NCBI GenBank assembly: GCA_002633005.1
Contig: NMRA01000108.1
Location: 43,820-107,819 of the forward strand
Length of the DNA: 64,000 nt
Source of the DNA: Phoronis australis
Lineage: Eukaryota; Animalia; Phoronida
Reading direction: 5' to 3'
Position numbers and translations under genes: made by a program. Under the pieces are notes generated by a model that was not told the DNA's origin, did no database searches, and saw nothing but the letters and a program-made list of their open reading frames with translations. This document shows positions 23,458-36,294 of this stretch, in pieces. Within the stretch, counting starts at the first letter, position 1. Every line of letters starts with the position of its first letter.

Positions 23458-26400
23458 GATCAATAGCCTAACTGTGAAATTTGGCATAATCCCTTTGTTT
23501 GGCCCATTCAAGTTTTTTTACTCAAAAACACAACTTTTAGTCACTAAAGTTACTGAAATCATGTTTTAAAACTGCAATGGCTAGGCTCCGTTGAATTTGA
23601 AATAAACTGGATTGTAGTTAAAAGATTGAGAGATAAATCTTAAAACAAAGAGCAATAAACTGGGTTTTTTATCGCTATTTGTGATCGGCTGTAATAGTAC
23701 TTTATTTTCGAACAAATTTTTTAAAAATTAAAAACCTCTTTTGGGGTATTGCTGCGCCTTAATGGGTGGCTTAAGCCCAAACAAGTACAGTGCATACAAG
23801 TAAATGCGTGTGCAACTGGGCTGAGTTGCATAAAGATTCAAAAGTTATCCGCTGGATAAGTTTGATTTTGCATGACGTAAGGTGCATTGTTCAACAATAG
23901 CAACATGGCGCGTGATCGTGCGACGTCAATGTTGCTACACGGCGTATAACTTTTATGCAACTGAGCCCTGGTGGCGATGTGATCGGTATACTTCCAAACA
24001 CGGAGTTCCGTGCGTTTTTCATCATGTTTGCACAGGGCCGCTTTTCAATATAGGTGGCGCTGTGTCAGAGGATGGACGGAGAGAGCAATGAGCTATATAC
24101 TGTATAGTCCGGATACCTATCGTCGTTAGGCTCAAATGGTCGTCCGTCATCTTCTTTCGCGTGCAGCGCAGGCACGCGGGACTTAGCGTTCCAATCTGGA
24201 GTGCTCGTCTGCACGTTAGGTACTAACCTCTCGGGAGAAACGCGCATGGAAGAACTGAGACGAAAATCGGTGCATTTACCGACTGTTTTTTGAGACCACT
24301 TAAAAACTTGTAAATTTTACTAATGCACTTTTTTGTTCATTTTCAGATGGTATTTTCGAAATTAAATTTTCTCCAGAAAACAACCCAAGGATTGCTTATG
24401 CAATGTATCTATTTGTCCCAGGCACTAACCGACACCTATTAGACCAAAGGAAAACGCAGCAGACAAATGCAACATGCTGGGTTCTAAACAGTTTCGGCCC
24501 ACGCATCGCTCATCAAAATATTGTCCACTTGTTTTTTATTGCAAAACACAATACTGAGCTCAACATTTGCGTTGAAATTTTTGGTTCAAGCATTTTGGAT
24601 ATGTGTGAAGAAAATTAAAATACTTGAATTGATAGAGAGTGGCCACCAAAAAAGTAAAAAATTGACTTTATTTCACTACATTACATACAACACAGCATAA
24701 TTAAAAATAAAAGAAGAGATTGAACAATAAAATGCAAATGCAACTTGTGTATTTATTTATTTACAGAAGACTGTTAAAGGTGAGAAAAAATATGAAACAG
24801 TATGATATTAGGTAATTTATTAGAACATTTACATCGAAGTTCAATGATCGACTTCCGTCGACCAAGTCTCAAAGGGTTACAGTTCTGTTTTGGCTGACAA
24901 GGTGTTAACAGAGAATGAAGAAAAACTGAAAAGAAAAAGAAAGACAGCAGAGATAAGTGGTGTCAAGAACAACAAGAGCAAAGAATCAAATAAAGAGCAC
25001 AGAAATAGAAAATAAGTAAGGTCTATCTGGAATAAAGCAATTATAGCGATTCATTTCCCAGAATTGAAATTCTGAACCAACTTAAATCGATTTAAAAATC
25101 GATAAAATTCCATAAAACAGATTGTGGTTGAACTAGAACTGTAGTAAACCACTTTCCACTATTTTCTTGGCCTTTTTCAGGGTGGTTTTCTGTTCTTTCA
25201 AAAGACGGCACATATGACGACCATAGGAGTCATTATAAAATGGCTGCCGAAAAAGCAATGCACAGTCGAAACAACTCGACATCAGTAAAAGAAAACGTTT
25301 GAATCAACGAATACTATATATGTGTGAGAGTTAAATCAAATCCTATTCAGAGCATAACTTTGAAGTGGTATAATTGGGTGAGTACAATAAGCCGGTTTTA
25401 TGCTTAGGCGGACGACCATTGGGTTCCCGAGTATACGTGTACACTGTATATAGAGACGACATGACTCGCAAGACAGCGCGGGACAAGCAGTCTGCCATAT
25501 TGATGATGAACGCTATGTAAACAAAAACACAGTGGCCTTATGGAAACCGGGGAGTTTTCAGAATAATTTTAAATTTTAAATACTTACGACGTTTTAAAAT
25601 ACTGGTAACAGAAAGCAATGTAAATATGTGACCCTTGCATTGATTAAACAGTCATATAAGCCACTGCAAAGACAGAATTCCTAATGCGTTGGCTGAAATT
25701 CTCATGGAGTGCTACTAGTGCCTGGGAAGTTTTGTCGGCTCAGTCGAAAAGACAATCACTGAAATATATGAAGTCTAGAAAATGATATTACACAGCAACA
25801 TGATTAGCCTTTTTCGTCGTTATAATTTTATAGTACCAATTTTTCAGTTGTTTATAAACCAACAAGACGATCAGCTGTTAAGGGGGCACGTCCTCTGGCG
25901 AGCCATTACATCACTGTATTCCGTAAGTTTTTAGTAGAGGACTAAACATTCCTTGACCCGACGCCACATGATTTATTCTAACAAAAACATTTGAGGCAAA
26001 CACTTTGAACACTAAGTAGAAAACAATAATGGAAGCCCATGGAAATCGATGAGAATGCAACACCAATATGCGTGTATGTCAAGTGGTGTCATTGTATGCA
26101 ACAATTGACCAATGGAACTGTACATGTTTGTGTGCATCTGCATATTCTGAATTGAGGGCATAGGCCAATTTGAATAAAAATTGGGAGCAAAATTTTGCAA
26201 AACGATAGATTGATAGAAACTGATATGCTAACATTAAATATTTCAATGAAAACGGAGAATGGGCAAGTGACACCAAAAACACACCCTGTAGTGGTTGGTA
26301 AGACACGTTCATATACATGTACATCGGTTAGCCGCGTGTGCCGGTGAATACCTCTGCTTGGACGGCCGAAGCCGGAGGTCCAAAGTGTGCATTTGCAAAC

Positions 26401-26578
26401 ACCCGTTCCCGAAAGGTTATTGGAATTGTCTACTTCCGGTTTATTCCAAGGAATAATTATTACATCGATATGCTTAAGTATTTTCAAATAATAAAACGCA
26501 TCTAAGAGGTGCTGAGTTGTCTCAAGGAAAATTACTTCAGTGATAAGCACATACCTTTTCTTTATCTATTTAGTATTA

Positions 26579-26936
26579 CAGTGGCGGATCTAGGATATCA
26601 CTGATAAGGGGGGCAACACTTTGTGTCGGGCATCTATTCCAAAATATAGGGGGCTCAAATTTCTGAAAATGTGGACCTTTCACTGAAAAACAAACGGATT
26701 CCAAAAAACTGGAAAACGATGGTCTGGCTCGGACGCTTGCAATTGGGTCTGTGCCCCCCCCCCACACACACACATACGCACACACCCACCCACAAGCTAC
26801 AACTGCCCACTTGCAATATTGTTTCAGCCGCAACATAATTGACGGGGTTAGTTAATAAACTCATTATTTCCTCACGCTCTAGCTGTTTTATTTTTTGCGG
26901 CAAGCACGGGAGGGCTGCCCCCTAAATCCGTCTATG
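26579..26936. mobile_element. hAT-type MITE
   Basis: TIRs CAGTGGCGGATCTAGG / CCTAAATCCGTCTATG with internal C-runs. TATTA lies on both sides. Confidence 0.6.
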
Positions 26937-27599
26937 TATTACTTTCCCTATTACCTAGTTCATCTTAACGTGGTGAACTGGTAATTTGTACAGCTTGAAA
27001 CGATATGGTCTCAGGGTTGAGACAGTGGTGTCATAGACTCTACTGTAAAACAACACGCCGGCTGCTGTCATTAGCGGAACTTGAGTTTTCAAAAAACGTT
27101 CGCATTATTAGTTTTTACCAAAATTATTTTTTACAACAAGAAATGAACTCATTTTATCGGCCCATGATGTGCAGAATTGCAGATTTTTTTTTCTGTCAAT
27201 AAAAAGCAAACTTCCATCTGATTGGCCATCCAGAACGAGAAGGAAAACAACAAATGTTCGCACAGAAACAACACAATGAGATACTTTAGCCATTTCAGAC
27301 AATAAAGTTTTCATTTATTACAAAATATATTTATTTCAAAATATCACCATCACGTAGTAAAATGACACCGTAACAGTAAAAGAGAAATGTCTATCAGGTA
27401 CAAAGTTACTTTAACGTACTGGTACATGCACTCCACTTCAGCAAAGTTCAGATTTCAACCAACTCTACTTTAATTCCTCAATTCAGTTGGAACATACATT
27501 TGCTGGCACACAATTATGTTACTAGTGCATTTATAGTGACAACACACCGCCACAAAATAAATATGACAAAACTCAATGGTCGTACACTCATCTGCTCTG

Positions 27600-30500
27600 T
27601 CCCGCCAAGTATGTTGCTCTGACAGCAAGTTTTTACTTGGCGGAATTCTTCCGCCAAGTATGTTGCTCTGACAGCAAGTTTTTTTTTTTGGTTGTTCGCT
27701 CTCTACAGGTCGCAATTCTGGTCCGATTTTCACGAAATTTGCACACAACATGTAGATCAATAATCACTGGAAAGCTATTGTTTTTGGTCATGATCGCATA
27801 CAAAATGGCGGACGTGGCGGCCATTTTGTATCCGATTTCACAGTCAAATACTCGTAGAGGCCGCATTTTTCGATCTACATGGCTGAAAATCAGTACGAAT
27901 ATACTAGAACGCATGTGCTACATTTGTGCAGAAAATCGTTGACTTCCAGTTAAAGATGGCGGAAATATTGGACGTGGCGCATGCGCACCCCGAAATATGG
28001 CTAAAAACGTTTTCTCCTGTAGAGGGCGCAATTGCAAACCAATCACTTTCAAACTGGTCACGTGTTTGTTGAGTTTAATAAGCTTTTATAAAAAATTATT
28101 GAACCGGAAGTCACCTTCAAGATGGCGGCTGTGGGGCATGTTCACACGGTTTCAATCGCTCTGGTGTCGCAATTTTTATGGGAAGAGCAAATGACGTGAA
28201 TTTTTGCATGTGGATTCCTTGAAGTATGGCCTTTCNNNNNNNNNNNNNNNNNNNNNNNNNNNNNNNNNNNNNNNNNNNNNNNNNNNNNNNNNNNNNNNNN
28301 NNNNNNNNNNNNNNNNNNNNNNNNNNNNNNNNNNNNNNNNNNNNNNNNNNNNNNNNNNNNNNNNNNNNNNNNNNNNNNNNNNNNNNNNNNNNNNNNNNNN
28401 NNNNNNNNNNNNNNNNNNNNNNNNNNNNNNNNNNNNNNNNNNNNNNNNNNNNNNNNNNNNNNNNNNNNNNNNNNNNNNNNNNNNNNNNNNNNNNNNNNNN
28501 NNNNNNNNNNNNNNNNNNNNNNNNNNNNNNNNNNNNNNNNNNNNNNNNNNNNNNNNNNNNNNNNNNNNNNNNNNNNNNNNNNNNNNNNNNNNNNNNNNNN
28601 NNNNNNNNNNNNNNNNNNNNNNNNNNNNNNNNNNNNNNNNNNNNNNNNNNNNNNNNNNNNNNNNNNNNNNNNNNNNNNNNNNNNNNNNNNNNNNNNNNNN
28701 NNNNNNNNNNNNNNNNNNNNNNNNNNNTGTTTGTTGAGTTTAATAGGCTTTTATAAAAAATTATTGAACCGGAAGTCACCTTCAAGATGGCGGCTGTGGG
28801 GCATGTTCACACGGTTTCAATCGCTCTGGTGTCGCATTTTTTATGGGAAGAGCAAATGACGTGAATTTTTGCATGTGGATTGCTTGAAGTATGGCCTTTC
28901 AAAAAGTCTGCGAGAGCGTATTTCTCAGACTTACCGTTTTCGAGTTATTTGACTTTGAATTTCAAAAAAAAAGGCAAATTTTTAATTGTCTCGAAAAATT
29001 TTTAGATTTTTGCCAAACTATCACTTTAGATAGAGTTTTGAATGGGCTTTCAGGAGATTTTTCCATTTTGCGCTACGACGTCTACTTTTTGAATTATTCG
29101 AGATTATCGGATACCGTTGTTCCTTCGGTCAGACGCAGCTGGCTGGCTTTCAGTTCACTTTGTTTTGATTATGCCTAGTTGACCCAGACTGACCCAGCCA
29201 GCACTTTTCTACTGTAGACTGGACCGTCATGTGGCGCCATCTATTGTTCTTTATTGTAGTTGATTGTATGATCTCTATTTGATTTCGTCGCTAGTCACAT
29301 GACTGTTATCGTGTTTGCCAAACTACCATTTTTGATAGAGTTTTGAACGGGCTTTCAGAATCTATTTTCCATTTTGCGCTACGACGTCTACTTTTTGAAT
29401 TATTCGAGATTTTCGGATACCGTTGTTCCTTCGGTCAGCCGGCTGGTTTTCAGTTCACTTTGTTTCGATTATGCCTAGTTGACCCAAACTGACCCAGCCA
29501 GCACTGTCCTACTGTGGCTGAATAGCGCTCTGAAGACTTTACAATTTCAGGCCAAATACTTATTGTAAACATAACTTTGCTTTGCAGACTGTCACATAAC
29601 GCCACCTATTTTAGAATGTGGGAAAAGACATGGCTCGTCCGCCATGTTGCGCCATCTATTGTTCTTTATTGTAGTTGATTGTATGCTCTCTATTTGATTT
29701 CTTCGCTAGTCACATGAATGTTATCGTGTTATTCATAATTGCCGTCTTGATCGTCATGATTATCGTCGTCTCCCTCATCGTCGTCTTTTCGATTAATTCC
29801 GCCAAGTGTCGCTCCTCCGAGCGCTCTCGTTTTTTTTTTTGTTGTTCGCTCTCTACAGGTCGCAATTTTCGTCTGATTCACGAAATTTGCACACAACGTG
29901 TAGATCGGAAACTGCTAGAACGCTATTGTTTTTAGTCATGATCGAATTCAAAATGGCGTACGTGGCGGCCATTATGTATCCGATTTCACAGTCATATACT
30001 CGTAGAGGCCGCATTTTTCGACCTATTTGGCTGAAAATCGGTACGGACATACTACTACGCATGTGCTACACTTGTGCAGAAAATCGTTGACTTCCAATTA
30101 AAGATGGCGGAAATATTTGACGTGGCGCATGCGCGCCCCGAAATATGGCTAAAAACGTTTTCTCCTGTAGAGGGCGCAATTGCAAACCAATCACTTTCAA
30201 ACTGGTCACGTGTTTGTTGAGTTTAATAAGCTTTTAAAAAAAAATTATTGAACCGGAAGTCACCTTCAAGATGGCGGCTCTGGGGCATGTTCACACGGTT
30301 TCAATCGCTCTGGTGTCGCATTTTTTATGGGAAGAGCAAATGACGTAAATTTTTGCATGTGGATTCGTTAAAGTATGGCCTTTCAAAAAGTCTGCGAGAG
30401 CGTATTTCTCAGACTTACCGTTTTCGAGTTATTTGACTTTGAATTTCAAAAAAACGGCAAATTTTCAATTGTCTCGAAAAATTTTTGGATTTTTGCCAAA

Positions 30501-31174
30501 CTACCGCTTTAGATAGAGTTTTGAACGGGCTTTCAGGAGATATTTTCCATTTTGCGCTACGACGTCTACTTTTTGAATTATTCGAGATTTTCGGATACCG
30601 TTGTTCCTTCGGTCACACGTTGCTGGCTGGCTTTCAGTTCGCTTTGTTTTGGTTATGCCTAGTTGACCCAGACTGACCCAGCCAGCACTGTCCTACTGTA
30701 GACTGGACCGTCATGTTGCGCCATCTATTGTTCTTTATTGTAGTTGATTGTATGCTCTCTATTTGATTTCTTCGCTAGTCATACGAATGTTATCGTGTTT
30801 GACAAACTACTACTTTAGATAGAGTTTTAAACGGGCTTTCAGAAGATGATTTCCATTTTGCGCTACGACGTCTACTTTTTGAATTATTTGAGATTTTCGG
30901 ATACCGTTGTTCCTTCGGTCACGTATGCACGCAGCTGGCTGTCTTTCAGTTCACTTTGTTTTGGTTATGCCTGGTTGACCCAGACTGCCCAGCCAGCACT
31001 GTCCTACTGTGGCTGAATAGAGCTCTGTAGACTATACAATTTCAGGCCAAATACTTATTGTAAACATAACTTTGCTTTGCAGACTGTCACATAGCGCCAC
31101 CTATTTTAGAATGTGGGAAAAGACATGGCTCGTCCGCCATGTTGCGCCATGTATTGTTCTTTATTGTAGTTGAT
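27600..31174. repeat. Tandem array (~1.48-kb unit) of a Helitron/Helentron-like non-autonomous element
   Basis: 27690-28235 is repeated at 29840-30385, and 28728-29680 at 30210-31174. Internal ~300-bp duplications, palindrome TTGGCGGAATTCTTCCGCCAA, a TCG-rich microsatellite and CCGATTTTCACGAAATTTGCAC cores. The tandem structure is certain; the family call is inference. Confidence 0.7.
28236..28727. other. Assembly gap (N run)
   Basis: Run of N. Confidence 1.
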
Positions 31175-31892
31175 NNNNNNNNNNNNNNNNNNNNNNNNNN
31201 NNNNNNNNNNNNNNNNNNNNNNNNNNNNNNNNNNNNNNNNNNNNNNNNNNNNNNNNNNNNNNNNNNNNNNNNNNNNNNNNNNNNNNNNNNNNNNNNNNNN
31301 NNNNNNNNNNNNNNNNNNNNNNNNNNNNNNNNNNNNNNNNNNNNNNNNNNNNNNNNNNNNNNNNNNNNNNNNNNNNNNNNNNNNNNNNNNNNNNNNNNNN
31401 NNNNNNNNNNNNNNNNNNNNNNNNNNNNNNNNNNNNNNNNNNNNNNNNNNNNNNNNNNNNNNNNNNNNNNNNNNNNNNNNNNNNNNNNNNNNNNNNNNNN
31501 NNNNNNNNNNNNNNNNNNNNNNNNNNNNNNNNNNNNNNNNNNNNNNNNNNNNNNNNNNNNNNNNNNNNNNNNNNNNNNNNNNNNNNNNNNNNNNNNNNNN
31601 NNNNNNNNNNNNNNNNNNNNNNNNNNNNNNNNNNNNNNNNNNNNNNNNNNNNNNNNNNNNNNNNNNNNNNNNNNNNNNNNNNNNNNNNNNNNNNNNNNNN
31701 NNNNNNNNNNNNNNNNNNNNNNNNNNNNNNNNNNNNNNNNNNNNNNNNNNNNNNNNNNNNNNNNNNNNNNNNNNNNNNNNNNNNNNNNNNNNNNNNNNNN
31801 NNNNNNNNNNNNNNNNNNNNNNNNNNNNNNNNNNNNNNNNNNNNNNNNNNNNNNNNNNNNNNNNNNNNNNNNNNNNNNNNNNNNNNNNNNNN
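31175..31892. other. Assembly gap (N run)
   Basis: Run of N. Confidence 1.
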
Positions 31893-31959
31893 TTAATAGA
31901 ACTCTAGTTTGTTAAATCTTTATGTGAATCATTAAATTTGTTACTGTACTCCACTCTTG

Positions 31960-32387
31960 TTTTAGTGAAACTCGAAGTTTTTGAATGCCTGTCCTATTGA
32001 AACTTATTGCTTTTAGAAAACTTCAGTTTTCAAAAACTTAAGTTTTGATGACTTATGTTTGTTACTAAAAACTTGTTCCAAAACTTAAGTATTTTGGAAA
32101 AAGTTTTTTGGAACGAACTTAAGTTTTTCAAAAACTTAAGTTTCTGAAACTTATGTTTTCCAAAAACTTAAGTATTTTGGAACAAGTTTTTGGAACGAAC
32201 TTAAGTTTTTAAAACTTAAGTTTTCAGAAAACTTAAGTTTTTGAAAAACTTAAGTTCGTTCCAAAAAACTTTTTCCAAAATACTTAAGTTTTCGCCAAAA
32301 ACTTAAGTTTTCGGGAATGAAAACTTAAGTTTTTCAGACCAAAAACTTAAGTTTTTCGATGAAAACTGAAGTTCATTTTTGTAAGGG
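31960..32387. repeat. Array of palindromic AAACTTAAGTTT motifs ending in a CACTA/CMC-like terminus
   Basis: More than ten copies of (A)AACTTAAGT(T), ending ...GTTCATTTTTGTAAGGG (reverse complement CCCTTACAAAAATGAAC). The other end is probably in the gap. Confidence 0.65.
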
Positions 32388-34470
32388 TTGACGAGTTGCG
32401 CATCAGTCTTATCTGGGTTCACCTGTGTTCTATGAAATTTAGTCTGTCCCAGCTGTGTCAAAAGCACTTGCTGTATCATTTGCGGATTTGGGGCGGCAGG
32501 AGGCCTGCCACTCTCCGTTGGCGGCTGCAAAGGCGTGAGAAATTATCGAATTTATTAATTAACCGCAGTAGTTAATATTTTACGGCTGAAATAAGATTTT
32601 ACAGTGTGTGGAGTTTAAGTTTGTGTGTGCAAATGGGAGCCCAGTCTCTATTTCAAGTCCGACTCTGACAACTGACTCAATAGTACCGGTAACTATGCCT
32701 AATTAATGCTCGATATGCTACTAGTGACAACCCAGGAAAGCGGCAGTGACAATGCGCTCTACTCCTCCATCTCCATCGTCTACTCCACTGTTCGATGATC
32801 AAAATTAACTACATTTTTCAAAGCAACGGAAACTGAGTGACGATGAAAAATGGGAGCTGCTGATAACACGTAAATTTTAATCGAAATCTTAGTGATTCAC
32901 TCATAAATTCATAATTCCCTCGGTGTCAAACATTGAAATTAAGAAATTTTGCAAAGTAAGCGGGTGGTTAATATCAACACGAAAATTGAATTTTTGTGTT
33001 TTGGGCAGCCAAATACAACAACTTTTGCTACGAAATGGTTGCACAAAATATATAGCGTGAAATAAACTTTACGAAAGAAGCAGATTCGTGGGCAAACAGT
33101 ACAAACAAGTATGTGTCTTGGCACGGTGTTCTAGTGAGAGCGTGGTGGCACAATGCAAGTTTGTGAGTTTGAATCCTTAAGATTGTACGAGTTTTCTATT
33201 TTCAAATCACCTGGCAAAAGACGAGCCATCGAAAGCAAAAAATTCCCCTCGCCTTGTGAGATATGTTGCCATTTCCTTCACTCATGATCGTCGGTTCCAG
33301 TCCCACTGGGCCTCACTGTAAGGCATTTAGCTCTTCAATTATGTTCAACAATGCAAAAAGGGTTGGTCGGTGCAATGGGCCTATACGAGCGGCCTGAGCG
33401 CGTCTGGTACAAAGTGTAAAGTGTGCCTATTCAGATAGACATCGTTTAATCACATTTAATATAAATTATAGCGTTGTTAAGTTGGCTTTTCCCTGATATC
33501 AATGGCCCCAATTTAACATTTCCATCAAAACATGGCCATATTCACGATGGAAAATATAAGTCTTCACTATTCGAGTAGGACGGCCCCAGGCACATTAATA
33601 CGAAAATTGATCGAGAATTGTACTTACTGTTGACTACATTACGTGCTCATCTCTAGGTCTCTGGTTGGCCACTGATGGACAACGTGACTTATAACGTATA
33701 TGAAGTGCTCAGTTTATCATTTTGCGATATTCACACATGCGCAGAATGACAAAGTACGGGAACTTTTGAAGTTAGGCAATACACCGGTCCGCGTTTCCCT
33801 ACAGTGATCCCGATGTTCAAGTAGGTAGAGCAAACAAGTGTATTTCAAAAGCAATTTTGAAGAGTTCTTGTAAAGAGCAAGCGCTTAGTTGTTATTTAAT
33901 ACGCATGCACACCACTTTCACACCGGAATCGACAATAATCACCCGTCTGGTAATTAGATTGTTACACAAAAAGTCTTTTGACTGGGATCCATCTTTTTCT
34001 AAAATATTGACAATTCACGTTGTTATAGTAAGTTACCTTTTCTGTGTTATGACATTCAAACATTTCCTTTTTAGAAATTGCAAGCATTGAGGTTTGGAAT
34101 TTATAATACATGTTGCTCTATATGTATGCCGTTTTACTAAGCAAATAAGGAGATTAGTCACGTTTTGGCCCCCACTTTCTCTAAGGTAACATCTGTCAAA
34201 CTAAGGCTAATAACGAAACCTTTCTTCGCTGTAAACCAGTTGTTAACCGACTTCAAAAGGTTAGACTTTTAAATTTTGAAAATTGGAAAGCAATATGACT
34301 ATGATAATCTAAAATTTCTTGGTCTATTTACACCGATCTCTTGTCTATCTAGATTATCACGACCGCTGGTTGGTCTATTCTCCGGCCATCGTCAGGTGTT
34401 ACCGCGTTCTTAGAAGAACACGCACGGATATGTGGTACACTCATCAAGGTGTGATTTTTTACTTTATATT

Positions 34471-34549
34471 GTCCGAAGAAGGATTGGAACCCACGACTTC
34501 TGAAATTTCTGATATGAGTTCAGCACGTTAACCACTACACCACTGAGTC
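34471..34549 (-). pseudogene. tRNA-like sequence (tRNA pseudogene or SINE head)
   Basis: Minus strand GACTCAGTGGTGTAGTGGTTAACGTG...GTGGGTTCCAATCC has Pol III A box and B box-like motifs. The acceptor stem does not pair well. Confidence 0.5.
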
Positions 34550-36294
34550 TTCTATTTACTTAGACGGAATTTTATTATATTTAAATTCCTTATCTCAAAG
34601 GGCAATCTAGTTCAAAAACTTAAAAGTAAACAAATTTAAGTAACATGTACATGTAACATGGCGTATTGATCACATCCCTTCTGTTCTCAATTTAAAACCG
34701 TTTTGGGGCACAATTTTGTACCTGGCCGAGATTGGAAAATCATCGACTATTCCCGTCTACTTCTGTGACCTCAGGTGCTACGTGTCAGTGCAGGAACGAT
34801 TCCTGAATAGAGGTCATGTTGTCCTTGAAAAGATATTGACATCTCAGTGAGCGTAAATGCGTTGTTACTTTGCTTGGTTGTTTTTGATTCTCATTTTGGT
34901 TCTTTTTATGCAAACCTGATTATTAATTTCCAATTTTTACCTATTCTTTGCATATGACGAATGTTATTTAATGGATCATCATAACTTGGCGATGTTCCGT
35001 CGCACCTCACGTAGCCAACTCTCGGCTACTGACGTCGGCCTCGATTCATCGTGAGAGTACGTCAAATTTCAGCAACAGTACCCATTTAGGTAATAAATTA
35101 GAGGAAAAACAATTTTTGATCAACTTAAGTGTCTTATCTTTATTGCCATATCGTGAAAATGATGCAAATCACCAACATGAAGTGAGCAATTTCATTGTGA
35201 CTACCCGGACGTGTGAGAGCAGTGCGTACTAGGCAGCAAATTGGCACTGGCTTTACTGGCTGTTAAAAATGTAAAATAGATGTTTCAACAAACAAAATCA
35301 AGTTTAATCTCAGTTGCAACAATGTGCACCTGCATGTGCTTGATTTTGCTGCCCGGAGGCAGTAAGCAGCGAAGTAATTCCCTTGTACACGTAGATCTAA
35401 ATATAGTGATTTCTAGTCAATGAGCTGAATTTCAAGGATGAGAAATATTAATAGTGTTATCAGCATGACGTAGTAATTTTTTAATACATGTACGTCACAC
35501 GAATTTCATCCTGCCTGCGGAGCACAGATGTCCGTGCATGGTATGCCAGGCGGTCCGCCGTCGGGTAGCAGCTTATAGAAATGTTTCTGGCTAATGGAAT
35601 TATTCCTTTTACTTTAAACTTATGAAAACTTATATCATACCGATTGGCAACATGGCAAGTTTCCTTCCTAAAGTTATTTCGCCACCAAATGGCATTCCGT
35701 TGGCAGTTAACCTCCCGGCCGTAACGGAAGAAGCGAGAGACCACCGCCGGTATCTTAATTTCTGTCTAAATTTATATTTTCGCAAATTTAATTTTCTGAA
35801 AATTCTAACTGTATGGCAATTTTATCAAATTATGTTGATGTAGCATGTTCGCTTTTTCAGTTTATACTATTTGTTAATCAGGCCAGAGTTACACCTAGTA
35901 AAACACCCTTAGCCCAGTCGCCATAGTCGGCGTCGTTGTTCAATCGTAATTCGCACAGGTAGGACTGTGACTAATCGGTAATTTATACAAATGTCGGAAA
36001 CCATGTTAGTATGTGTACGGCATTTAGGATTTGAACCATTTGTTCCGATGAAACAGCTCAATAGGGACGGCTTGCCTTCGTCTTTTGTAAGTGCGAGTGG
36101 TCTTGATTGGTCCGCACCGGGTCATCAGCTGCACTGAGGTCTGAGTCCGGAAAATTATTTTTGTCAAAATTTATTCTTCCAATTTTTGTCAACGGTTTCT
36201 GTACAAATTGTCCCTATTATGGTTTTATTAAAGTTAAGGTCCGCTGTCGATTATTTTATCCCCCGTTTGCAGGATGGTAACAAACACAAATTCG

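Noticed and set aside
28117-31915. Long ORFs containing poly-X
   Set aside because: Artefacts of translating N gaps.
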